A stretch of DNA of 64,000 nt, taken from positions 112,468,001 to 112,532,000 of the forward strand of contig OZ024744.1 of NCBI GenBank assembly GCA_964016885.1, written 5' to 3'. How positions within the stretch are numbered: the first letter of the stretch is position 1; every line of letters begins with the position of its first letter. The stretch is from Eledone cirrhosa. Its lineage: Eukaryota. Below the pieces are notes generated by a model. The model searched no databases and was not told the DNA's origin. It worked only from the letters and a program-made list of their open reading frames with translations. Below are positions 38,501 through 50,743 of the stretch, piece by piece. The position numbers and the translations under genes were made by a program.

Positions 38501-41500
38501 CATTGATCCCTAGATATCTGTAGTGTTGTTCATGTTGGTGTGGTGAATACCTTGGCCTTTCTTGATCCCTAGTTATCTGTAGGGTTGTTCCTGTTGGTGT
38601 GGTGAATTTCTTGGTCTTCCTTGATCCCTAGATATCTGTAGCGTTGTTCCTGTTGGTGTGGTGAATACCTTGGCCCTCATTGATCCCTAGTTATCTGTAG
38701 GGTTGTTCCTGTTGGTGTGGTGAATACCTTGGCCTTCATTGATCCCTAGTTATCTGTAGGGTTGTTCATGTTGGTGAGGTGAGTACCTTGGCCCTCATTG
38801 ATCCCTAGTTATCTGTAGGGGTGTTCATGTTGGTGTGGTGAATACCTTGGCCTTCATTGATCCCTAGTTATCTGTAGGGTTGTTCCTGTTGGTGTGGTGA
38901 ATACCTTGGCCTTCATTGATCCCTAGTTATCTGTAGGGTTGTTCCTGGTGGTGTGGTGAATACCTTGGCCTTCCTTGATCCCTAGTTATCTGTAGGGTTG
39001 TTCCTGTTGGTGTGGTGAATACCTTGGCCTTCATTGATCCCTAGATATCTGTAGGATTGTTCATGTTGGTGTGGTGAATACCTTGGCCTTCCTTGATCCC
39101 TAGATATCTGTAGGGGTGTTCATGTTGGTGTGGTGAATACCTTGGCCCTCATTGATCCCTAGTTATCTGTAGTGTTGTTCATGTTGGTGTGGTGAATACC
39201 TTGGCCTTCCTTGATCCCTAGTTATCTGTAGGGTTGTTCCTGTTGGTGTGGTGAATACCTTGGCCCTCATTGATCCCTAGTTATCTGTAGGGTTGTTCAT
39301 GTTGGTGTGGTGAATACCTTGGCCCTCATTGATCCCTAGTTATCTGTAGGGTTGTTCTTGTTGGTGTGGTGAATACTTTGGCCTTCATTGATCCCTAGTT
39401 ATCTGTAGGGGTGTTCATGTTGGTGTGGTGAATACCTTGGCCCTCATTGATCCCTAGTTATCTGTAGGGTTGTTCATGTTGGTGTGGTGAATAGCTTGGC
39501 CTTCATTGATCCCTAGTTATCTGTAGGGTTGTTCATGTTGGTTTGGTGAATACCTTGGCCTTCCTTGATCCCTAGTTATCTGTAGGGTTGTTGATGTTGG
39601 TGTGGTGAATACCTTGGCCTTCCTTGATCCCTAGATATCTGTAGTGTTGTTCTTGTTGGTGTGGTGAATACCTTGGCCCTCATTGATCCCTAGTTATGTG
39701 TAGGGTTGTTCCTGTTGGTGTGGTGAATACCTTGGCCCTCATTGATCCCTAGATATCTGTAGTGTTGTTCATGTTGGTGTGGTGAATACCTTGGCCTTCC
39801 TTGATCCCTAGTTGTCTGTAGGGTTGTTCCTGTTTTTGTGGTGAATTTCTTGGTCTTCCTTGATCCCTAGATATCTGTAGGGTTGTTCCTGTTGGTGTGG
39901 TGAATACCTTGGCCTTCATTGATCCCTAGTTATCTGTAGGGTTGTTCCTGTTGGTGTGGTGAATATCTTGGCCTTCCTTGATCCCTAGTTATCTGTAGGG
40001 TTGTTCCTGTTGGTGTGGTGAATACCTTGGCCCTCATTGATCCCTAGTTATGTGTAGGGTTGGTCATGTTGGCATGGTGAATACCTTGGCCCTCATAGAT
40101 CCCTAGTTATCTGTAGGGTTGTTCATGATGGTGTGGTGAATAACTTGGCCCTCATTGATCCCTAGTTATCTGTATGGTTGTTCCTGTTGGTGTGGTGAAT
40201 ACCTTGGCGCTCATTGATTCCTAGTTATCTGTAGGGTTGTTCATGTTGGTGTGGTGAATACCTTGGCCTTCCTTGATCCCTAGTTATCTGTAGGGTTGTT
40301 CCTGTTGGTGTGGTGAATACCTTGGCCTTCCTTGATCCCTAGATATCTGTAGGGTTGTTCCTGTTGGTGTGGTGAATACTTTGGCCTTCATTGATCCCTA
40401 GTTATCTGTAGGTGTGTTCATGTTGGTGTGGTGAATACCTTGGCCCTCATTGATCCCTAGTTATCTGTAGGGTTGTTCATGTTGGTGTGGTGAATACCTT
40501 GGCCTTCATTGATCCCTAGTTATCTGTAGGATTGTCCATGTTGGTTTGGTGAATACCTTGGCCTTCCTTGATCCCTAGTTATCTGTAGGGTTGTTCATGT
40601 TGGTGTGGTGAGTACCTTGGCCTTCCTTGATCCCTAGATATCTGTAGTGTTGGTCTTGTTGGTGTGGTGAATACCTTGGCCCTCATTGATCCCTAGTTAT
40701 GTGTAGGCTTGTTCCTGTTGGTGTGGTGAATACCTTGGCCCTCATTGATCCCTAGATATCTGTAGTGTTGTTCATGTTGGTGTGGTGAATACCTTGGCCT
40801 TCCTTGATCCCTAGTTGTCTGTAGGGTTGTTCCTGTTGGTGTGGTGAATTTCTTGGTCTTCCTTGATCCCTAGATATCTGTAGGGTTGTTCCTGTTGGTG
40901 TGGTGAATACCTTGGCCCTCATTGATCCCTAGTTATCTGTAGGGTTGTTCCTGTTGGTGTGGTGAATACCTGGGCCTTCATTGATCCCTAGTTATCTGTA
41001 GGGTTGTTCAGGTTGGTGAGGTGAATACCTTGGCCCTCATTGATCCCTAGTTATCTGTAGGGGTGTTCATGTTGGTGTGGTGAATACCTTGGCCTTCATT
41101 GATCCTTAGTTATCTGTAGGATTGTTCCTGTTGGTGTGGTGAATACCTTGGCCTTCATTGATCCCTAGATATCTGTAGGGTTGTTCCTGGTGGTGTGGTG
41201 AATACCTTGGCCTTCCTTGATCCCTAGTTATCTGTAGGGTTGTTCCTGTTGGTGTGGTGAATACCTTGGCCTTCATTGATCCCTAGATATCTGTAGGATT
41301 GTTCATGTTGGTGTGGTGAATACCTTGGCCTTCCTTGATCCCTAGATATCTGTAGGGGTGTTCATGTTGGTGTGGTGAATACCTTGGCCCTCATTGATCC
41401 CTAGTTATCTGTAGTGTTGTTCATGTTGGTGTGGTGAATACCTTGGCCTTCCTTGATCCCTAGTTATCTGTAGGGTTGTTCCTGTTGGTGTGGTGAATAC

Positions 41501-44500
41501 CTTGGCCCTCATTGATCCCTAGTTATCTGTAGGGTTGTTCATGTTGGTGTGGTGAATACCTTGGCCCTCATTGATCCCTAGTTATATGTAGGGTTGTTCT
41601 TGTTGGTGTGGTGAATACCTTGGTCCTCATTGATCCCTAGTTATCTGTAGGGTTGTTCATGTTGGTGTGGTGAATACCTTGGCCCTCATTGATCCCTAGT
41701 TATCTGTAGGGTTGTTCTTGTTGGTGTGGTGAATACTTTGGCCCTCATTGATCCCTAGTTATCTGTAGGGTTGTTCATGTTGGTGTGGTGAATACCTTGG
41801 CCCTCATTGATCCCTAGTTATATGTAGGGTTGTTCTTGTTGGTGTGGTGAATACCTTGGTCCTCATTGATCCCTAGTTATCTGTAGGGTTGTTCATGTTG
41901 GTGTGGTGAATACCTTGGCCCTCATTGATCCCTAGTTATCTGTAGGGTTGTTCTTGTTGGTGTGGTGAATACTTTGGCCCTCATTGATCCCTAGTTATCT
42001 GTAGGGTTGTTCTTGTTGGTGTGGTGAATACCTTGGTCCTCATTGATCCCTAGTTATCTGTAGGGTTGTTCATGTTGGTGTGGTGAATACCTTGGCCTTC
42101 ATTGATCCCTAGTTATCTGTAGGGTTGTTCATGTTGGTTTGGTGAATACCTTGGCCTTCCTTGATCCCTAGTTATGTGTAGGGTTGTTCATGTTGGTGTG
42201 GTGAATACCTTGGCCTTCATTGATCCCTAGTTATATGTAGGGTTGTTCCTGTTGGTGTGGTGAATACCTTGGCCCTCATTGATCCCTAGTTATGTGTAGG
42301 GTTATTCCTGTTGGTGTGGTGAATACCTTGGCCCTCATTGATCCCTAGATATCTGTAGTGTTGTTCATGTTGGTGTGGTGAATACCTTGGCCTTCCTTGA
42401 TCCCTAGTTATCTGTAGGGTTGTTCCTGTTGGTGTGGTGAATTTCTTGGTCTTCCTTGATCCCTAGATATCTGTAGCGTTGTTCCTGTTGGTGTGGTGAA
42501 TACCTTGGCCCCCATTGATCCCTAGTTATCTGTAGGGTTGTTCCTGTTGGTGTGGTGAATACCTTGGCCTTCATTGATCCCTAGTTATCTGTAGGGTTGT
42601 TCATGTTGGTGAGGTGAATACCTTGGCCCTCATTGATCCCTAGTTATCTGTAGGGGTGTTCATGTTGGTGTGGTGAATACCTTGGCCTTCATTGATCCCT
42701 AGTTATCTGTAGGGTTGTTCCTGTTGGTGTGGTGAATACCTTGGCCTTCATTGATCCCTAGATATCTGTAGGGTTGTTCCTGGTGGTGTGGTGAATACCT
42801 TGGCCTTCCTTGATCCCTAGATATCTGTAGGGGTGTTCATGTTGGTGTGGTGAATACCTTGGCCCTCATTGATCCCTAGTTATCTGCAGTGTTGTTCATG
42901 TTGGTGTGGTGAATACCTTGGCCTTCCTTGATCCCTAGTTATCTGTAGGGTTGTTCCTGTTGGTGTGGTGAATACCTTGGCCCTCATTGATCCCTAGTTA
43001 TCTGTAGGGTTGTTCATGTTGGTGTGGTGAATACCTTGGCCCTCATTGATCCCTAGTTATCTGTAGGGTTGTTCTTGTTGGTGTGGTGAATACTTTGGCC
43101 TTCATTGATCCCTAGTTATCTGTAGGGGTGTTCATGTTGGTGTGGTGAATACCTTGGCCCTCATTGATCCCTAGTTATCTGTAGGGTTGTTCATGTTGGT
43201 GTGGTGAATACCTTGGCCTTCATTGATCCCTAGTTATCTGTAGGGTTGTTCATGTTGGTTTGGTGAATACCTTGGCCTTCCTTGATCCCTAGTTATCTGT
43301 AGGGTTGTTGATGTTGGTGTGGTGAATACCTTGGCCTTCCTTGATCCCTAGATATCTGTAGTGTTGTTCTTGTTGGTGTGGTGAATACCTTGGCCCTCAT
43401 TGATACCTAGTTATGTGTAGGGTTGTTCCTGTTGGTGTGGTGAATACCTTGGCCCTCATTGATCCCTAGATATCTGTAGTGTTGTTCATGTTGGTGTGGT
43501 GAATACCTTGGCCTTCCTTGATCCCTAGTTATCTGTAGGGTTGTTCCTGTTGGTGTGGTGAATACCTTGGCCTTCCTTGATCCCTAGATATCTGTAGGGT
43601 TGTTCCTGTTGGTGTGGTGAATACTTTGGCCTTCATTGATCCCTAGTTATCTGTAGGTGTGTTCATGTTGGTGTGGTGAATACCTTGGCCCTCATTGATC
43701 CCTAGTTATCTGTAGGGTTGTTCATGTTGGTGTGGTGAATACCTTGGCCTTCATTGATCCCTAGTTATCTGTAGGATTGTCCATGTTGGTTTGGTGAATA
43801 CCTTGGCCTTCCTTGATCCCTAGTTATCTGTAGGGTTGTTCATGTTGGTGTGGTGAGTACCTTGGCCTTCCTTGATCCCTAGATATCTGTAGTGTTGGTC
43901 TTGTTGGTGTGGTGAATACCTTGGCCCTCATTGATCCCTAGTTATGTGTAGGCTTGTTCCTGTTGGTGTGGTGAATACCTTGGCCCTCATTGATCCCTAG
44001 ATATCTGTAGTGTTGTTCATGTTGGTGTGGTGAATACCTTGGCCTTCCTTGATCCCTAGTTGTCTGTAGGGTTGTTCCTGTTGGTGTGGTGAATTTCTTG
44101 GTCTTCCTTGATCCCTAGATATCTGTAGGGTTGTTCCTGTTGGTGTGGTGAATACCTTGGCCCTCATTGATCCCTAGTTATCTGTAGGGTTGTTCCTGTT
44201 GGTGTGGTGAATACCTGGGCCTTCATTGATCGCTAGTTATCTGTAGGGTTGTTCAGGTTGGTGAGGTGAATACCTTGGCCCTCATTGATCCCTAGTTATC
44301 TGTAGGGGTGTTCATGTTTGTGTGGTGAATACCTTGGCCTTCATTGATCCTTAGTTATCTGTAGGATTGTTCCTGTTGGTGTGGTGAATACCTTGGCCTT
44401 CATTGATCCCTAGATATCTGTAGGGTTGTTCCTGGTGGTGTGGTGAATACCTTGGCCTTCCTTGATCCCTAGTTATCTGTAGGGTTGTTCCTGTTGGTGT

Positions 44501-47500
44501 GGTGAATACCTTGGCCTTCATTGATCCCTAGATATCTGTAGGATTGTTCATGTTGGTGTGGTGAATACCTTGGCCTTCCTTGATCCCTAGATATCTGTAG
44601 GGGTGTTCATGTTGGTGTGGTGAATACCTTGGCCCTCATTGATCCCTAGTTATCTGTAGTGTTGTTCATGTTGGTGTGGTGAATACCTTGGCCTTCCTTG
44701 ATCCCTAGTTATCTGTAGGGTTGTTCCTGTTGGTGTGGTGAATACCTTGGCCCTCATTGATCCCTAGTTATCTGTAGGGTTGTTCATGTTGGTGTGGTGA
44801 ATACCTTGGCCCTCATTGATCCCTAGTTATATGTAGGGTTGTTCTTGTTGGTGTGGTGAATACCTTGGTCCTCATTGATCCCTAGTTATCTGTAGGGTTG
44901 TTCATGTTGGTGTGGTGAATACCTTGGCCCTCATTGATCCCTAGTTATCTGTAGGGTTGTTCTTGTTGGTGTGGTGAATACTTTGGCCCTCATTGATCCC
45001 TAGTTATCTGTAGGGTTGTTCATGTTGGTGTGGTGAATACCTTGGCCCTCATTGATCCCTAGTTATATGTAGGGTTGTTCTTGTTGGTGTGGTGAATACC
45101 TTGGTCCTCATTGATCCCTAGTTATCTGTAGGGTTGTTCATGTTGGTGTGGTGAATACCTTGGCCCTCATTGATCCCTAGTTATCTGTAGGGTTGTTCTT
45201 GTTGGTGTGGTGAATACTTTGGCCCTCATTGATCCCTAGTTATCTGTAGGGTTGTTCTTGTTGGTGTGGTGAATACCTTGGTCCTCATTGATCCCTAGTT
45301 ATCTGTAGGGTTGTTCATGTTGGTGTGGTGAATACCTTGGCCTTCATTGATCCCTAGTTATCTGTAGGGTTGTTCATGTTGGTTTGGTGAATACCTTGGC
45401 CTTCCTTGATCCCTAGTTATGTGTAGGGTTGTTCATGTTGGTGTGGTGAATACCTTGGCCTTCATTGATCCCTAGTTATATGTAGGGTTGTTCCTGTTGG
45501 TGTGGTGAATACCTTGGCCCTCATTGATCCCTAGTTATGTGTAGGGTTATTCCTGTTGGTGTGGTGAATACCTTGGCCCTCATTGATCCCTAGATATCTG
45601 TAGTGTTGTTCATGTTGGTGTGGTGAATACCTTGGCCTTCCTTGATCCCTAGTTATCTGTAGGGTTGTTCCTGTTGGTGTGGTGAATTTCTTGGTCTTCC
45701 TTGATCCCTAGATATCTGTAGCGTTGTTCCTGTTGGTGTGGTGAATACCTTGGCCCCCATTGATCCCTAGTTATCTGTAGGGTTGTTCCTGTTGGTGTGG
45801 TGAATACCTTGGCCTTCATTGATCCCTAGTTATCTGTAGGGTTGTTCATGTTGGTGAGGTGAATACCTTGGCCCTCATTGATCCCTAGTTATCTGTAGGG
45901 GTGTTCATGTTGGTGTGGTGAATACCTTGGCCTTCATTGATCCCTAGTTATCTGTAGGGTTGTTCCTGTTGGTGTGGTGAATACCTTGGCCTTCATTGAT
46001 CCCTAGATATCTGTAGGGTTGTTCCTGGTGGTGTGGTGAATACCTTGGCCTTCCTTGATCCCTAGTTATCTGTAGGGTTGTTCCTGTTGGTGTGGTGAAT
46101 ACCTTGGACTTCATTGATCCCTAGATATCTGTAGGATTGTTCATGTTGGTGTGGTGAATACCTTGGCCTTCCTTGATCCCTAGATATCTGTAGGGGTGTT
46201 CATGTTGGTGTGGTGAATACCTTGGCCCTCATTGATCCCTAGTTATCTGCAGTGTTGTTCATGTTGGTGTGGTGAATACCTTGGCCTTCCTTGATCCCTA
46301 GTTATCTGTAGGGTTGTTCCTGTTGGTGTGGTGAATACCTTGGCCCTCATTGATCCCTAGTTATCTGTAGGGTTGTTCATGTTGGTGTGGTGAATACCTT
46401 GGCCCTCATTGATCCCTAGTTATCTGTAGGGTTGTTCTTGTTGGTGTGGTGAATACTTTGGCCTTCATTGATCCCTAGTTATCTGTAGGGGTGTTCATGT
46501 TGGTGTGGTGAATACCTTGGCCCTCATTGATCCCTAGTTATCTGTAGGGTTGTTCATGTTGGTGTGGTGAATACCTTGGCCTTCATTGATCCCTAGTTAT
46601 CTGTAGGGTTGTTCATGTTGGTTTGGTGAATACCTTGGCCTTCCTTGATCCCTAGTTATCTGTAGGGTTGTTGATGTTGGTGTGGTGAATACCTTGGCCT
46701 TCCTTGATCCCTAGATATCTGTAGTGTTGTTCTTGTTGGTGTGGTGAATACCTTGGCCCTCATTGATACCTAGTTATGTGTAGGGTTGTTCCTGTTGGTG
46801 TGGTGAATACCTTGGCCCTCATTGATCCCTAGATATCTGTAGTGTTGTTCATGTTGGTGTGGTGAATACCTTGGCCTTCCTTGATCCCTAGTTGTCTGTA
46901 GGGTTGTTCCTGTTGGTGTGGTGAATTTCTTGGTCTTCCTTGATCCCTAGATATCTGTAGGGTTGTTCCTGTTGGTGTGGTGAATACCTTGGCCTTCATT
47001 GATCCCTAGTTATCTGTAGGGTTGTGCCTGTTGGTGTGGTGAATATCTTGGCCTTCCTTGATCCCTAGTTATCTGTAGGGTTGTTCCTGTTGGTGTGGTG
47101 AATACCTTGGCCCTCATTGATCCCTAGTTATATGTAGGGTTGGTCATGTTGGCATGGTGAATACCTTGGCCCTCATAGATCCCTAGTTATCTGTAGGGTT
47201 GTTCATGATGGTGTGGTGAATAACTTGGCCCTCATTGATCCCTAGTTATCTGTATGGTTGTTCCTGTTGGTGTGGTGAATACCTTGGCGCTCATTGATTC
47301 CTAGTTATCTGTAGGGTTGTTCATGTTGGTGTGGTGAATACCTTGGCCTTCCTTGATCCCTAGTTATCTGTAGGGTTGTTCCTGTTGGTGTGGTGAATAC
47401 CTTGGCCTTCCTTGATCCCTAGATATCTGTAGGGTTGTTCCTGTTGGTGTGGTGAATACTTTGGCCTTCATTGATCCCTAGTTATCTGTAGGGGTGTTCA

Positions 47501-50500
47501 TGTTGGTGTGGTGAATACCTTGGCCTTCATTTATCCCTAGTTATCTGTAGGGTTGTTCATGTTGGTGAGGTGAATACCTTGGCCCTCATTGATCCCTAGT
47601 TATCTGTAGGGGTGTTCATGTTGGTGTGGTGAATACCTTGGCCTTCATTGATCCCTAGTTATCTGTAGGATTGTTCCTGTTGGTGTGGTGAATACCTTGG
47701 CCTTCATTGATCCCTAGATATCTGTAGGGTCGTTCCTGGTGGTGTGGTGAATACCTTGGCCTTCCTTGATCCCTAGTTATCTGTAGGGTTGTTCCTGTTG
47801 GTGTGGTGAATACCCTGGCCTTCATTGATCCCTAGATATCTGTAGGATTGTTCATGTTGGTGTGGTGAATACCTTGGCCTTCCTTGATCCCTAGATATCT
47901 GTAGGGGTGTTCATGTTGGTGTGGTGAATACCTTGGCCCTCATTGATCCCTAGTTATCTGTAGTGTTGTTCATGTTGGTGTGGTGAATACCTTGGCCTTC
48001 CTTGATCCCTAGTTATCTGTAGGGTTGTTCCTGTTGGTGTGGTGAATACCTTGGCCCTCATTGATCCCTAGTTATCTGTAGGGTTGTTCATGTTGGTGTG
48101 GTGAATACCTTGGCCCTCATTGATCCCTAGTTATCTGTAGGGTTGTTCTTGTTGGTGTGGTGAATACCTTGGTCCTCATTGATCCCTAGTTATCTGTAGG
48201 GTTGTTCATGTTGGTGTGGTGAATACCTTGGCCCTCATTGATCCCTAGTTATCTGTAGGGTTGTTCTTGTTGGTGTGGTGAATACGTTGGCCCTCATTGA
48301 TCCCTAGTTATCTGTAGGGTTGTTCATGTTGATGTGGTGAATACCTTGGCCCTCATTGATCCCTAGTTATCTGTCGGGTTGTTCTTGTTGGTGTGGTGAA
48401 TACCTTGGTCCTCATTGATCCCTAGTTATCTGTAGGGTTGTTCATGTTGGTGTGGTGAATACCTTGGCCCTCATTGATCCCTAGTTATCTGTAGGGTTGT
48501 TCTTGTTGGTGTGGTGAATACTTTGGCCCTCATTGATCCCTAGTTATCTGTAGGGGTGTTCATGTTGGTGTGGTGAATACCTTGGCCCTCATTGATCCCT
48601 AGTTATCTGTAGGGTTGTTCATGTTGGTATGGTGAATACCTTGGCCTTCATTGATCCCTAGTTATCTGTAGGGTTGTTCATGTTGGTTTGGTGAATACCT
48701 TGGCCTTCCTTGATCCCTAGTTATGTGTAGGGTTGTTCATGTTGGTGTGGTGAATACCTTGGCCTTCCTTGATCCCTAGATATCTGTAGTGTTGTTCTTG
48801 TTGGTGTGGTGAATACCTTGGCCCTCATTGATTCCTAGTTATGTGTAGGGTTGTTCCTGTTGGTGTGGTGAATACCTTGGCCCTCATTGATCCCTAGATA
48901 TCTGTAGTGTTGTTCATGTTGGTGTGGTGAATACCTTGGCCTTCCTTGATCCCTAGCTATCTGTAGGGTTGTTCCTGTTGGTGTGGTGAATTTCTTGGTC
49001 TTCCTTGATCCCTAGATATCTGTAGCGTTGTTCCTGTTGGTGTGGTGAATACCTTGGCCCTCATTGATCCCTAGTTATCTGTAGGGTTGTTCCTGTTGGT
49101 GTGGTGAATACCTTGGCCTTCATTGATCCCTAGTTATCTGTAGGGTTGTTCATGTTGGTGAAGTGAATACCTTGGCCCTCATTGATCCCTAGTTATCTGT
49201 AGGGGTGTTCATGTTGGTGTGGTGAATACCTTGGCCTTCATTGATCCCTAGTTATCTGTAGGGTTGTTCCTGTTGGTGTGGTGAATACCTTGGCCTTCAT
49301 TGATCCCTAGATATCTGTAGGGTTGTTCCTGGTGGTGTGGTGAATACCTTGGCCTTCCTTGATCCCTAGTTATCTGTAGGGTTGTTCCTGTTGGTGTGGT
49401 GAATACCTTGGTCTTCATTGATCCCTAGATATCTGTAGGATTGTTCATGTTGGTGTGGTGAATACCTTGGCCTTCCTTGATCCCTAGATATCTGTAGGGG
49501 TGTTCATGTTGGTGTGGTGAATACCTTGGCCCTCATTGATCCCTAGTTATCTGTAGTGTTGTTCATGTTGGTGTGGTGAATACCTTGGCCTTCCTTGATC
49601 CCTAGTTATCTGTAGGGTTGTTCCTGTTGGTGTGGTGAATACCTTGGCCCTCATTGATCCCTAGTTATCTGTAGGGTTGTTCATGTTGGTGTGGTGAATA
49701 CCTTGGCCCTCATTGATCCCTAGTTATCTGTAGGGTTGTTCTTGTTGGTGTGGTGAATACCTTGGTCCTCATTGATCCCTAGTTATCTGTAGGGTTGTTC
49801 ATGTTGGTGTGGTGAATACCTTGGCCCTCATTGATCCCTAGTTATCTGTAGGGTTGTTCTTGTTCGTGTGGTGAATACCTTGGCCCTCATTGATCCCTAG
49901 TTATCTGTAGGGATGTTCATGTTGGTGTGGTGAATACCTTGGCCTTCATTGATCCCTAGTTATCTGTAGTGTCGTTCTTGTTGGTGTGGTGAATACCTTG
50001 GCCTTCATTGATCCCTAGATATCTGTAGGGTTGTGCCTGTTGGTGTGGTGAATACCTTGGCCTTCATTGATCCCTAGATATATGGAGGGTTGTTCATGTT
50101 GGTGTGGTGAATACCTTGGCCCTCATTGATCCCTAGATATCTGTAGGGTTGTTCTTGTTGGTGTGGTGAATACCTTGGCCTTCCTTGATCCCTAGATATC
50201 TGTAGGGTTGTTCATGTTGGTATGGTGAATACCTTGGCCTTCCTTGATCCCTAGATATCTGTAGGGTTGTTCATGTTGGTGTGGTGAATACCTTGGCCTT
50301 CATTGATCCCTAGATATCTGTAGGGTTGTGCCTGTTGGTGTGGTGAATACCTTGGCCTTCATTGATCCCTAGTTATCTGTAGTGTTGTTCTTGTTGGTGT
50401 GGTGAATACCTTGGCCTTCATTGATCCCTAGATATCTGTAGGGTTGTTCATGTTGGTGTGGTGAATACCTTGGCCTTCCTTGATCCCTAGATATCTGTAG

Positions 50501-50743
50501 GTTGTTCATGTTGGTGTGGTGAATACCTTGGCCTTCATTGATCCCTAGATATCTGTAGGGTTTTACCTGTTGGTGTGGTGAATACCTTGGCCCTCATTGA
50601 TCCCTTGATATCTGTAGGGTTGTTCCTGTTGGTGTGGTGAATACCTTGGCCCTCATTGATCCCTAGATATCTGTAGGGTTGTGCCTGTTGGTGTGGTGAA
50701 TACCTTGGCCCTCATTGATCCCTAGTTATCTGTAGGGTTGTTC
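11512..50743. repeat. 59-bp tandem satellite, ~665 monomers, derived from LINE RT coding sequence
   Basis: Consensus (C/A/T)TGTTGGTGTGGTGAATACCTTGGCC(C/T)TC(A/C)TTGATCCCTAG(T/A)TATCTGTAGGGTTGTTC. 39,232 bp plus three 1-nt deletions (~11868, ~24970, ~50500) equals 665 x 59. Confidence 0.98.

Noticed and set aside
11512-50743. CRISPR array or coding repeat
   Set aside because: There are no unique spacers and no cas genes, and the context is eukaryotic. The 59-bp period is not a multiple of 3, and the ORF track reports nothing here.
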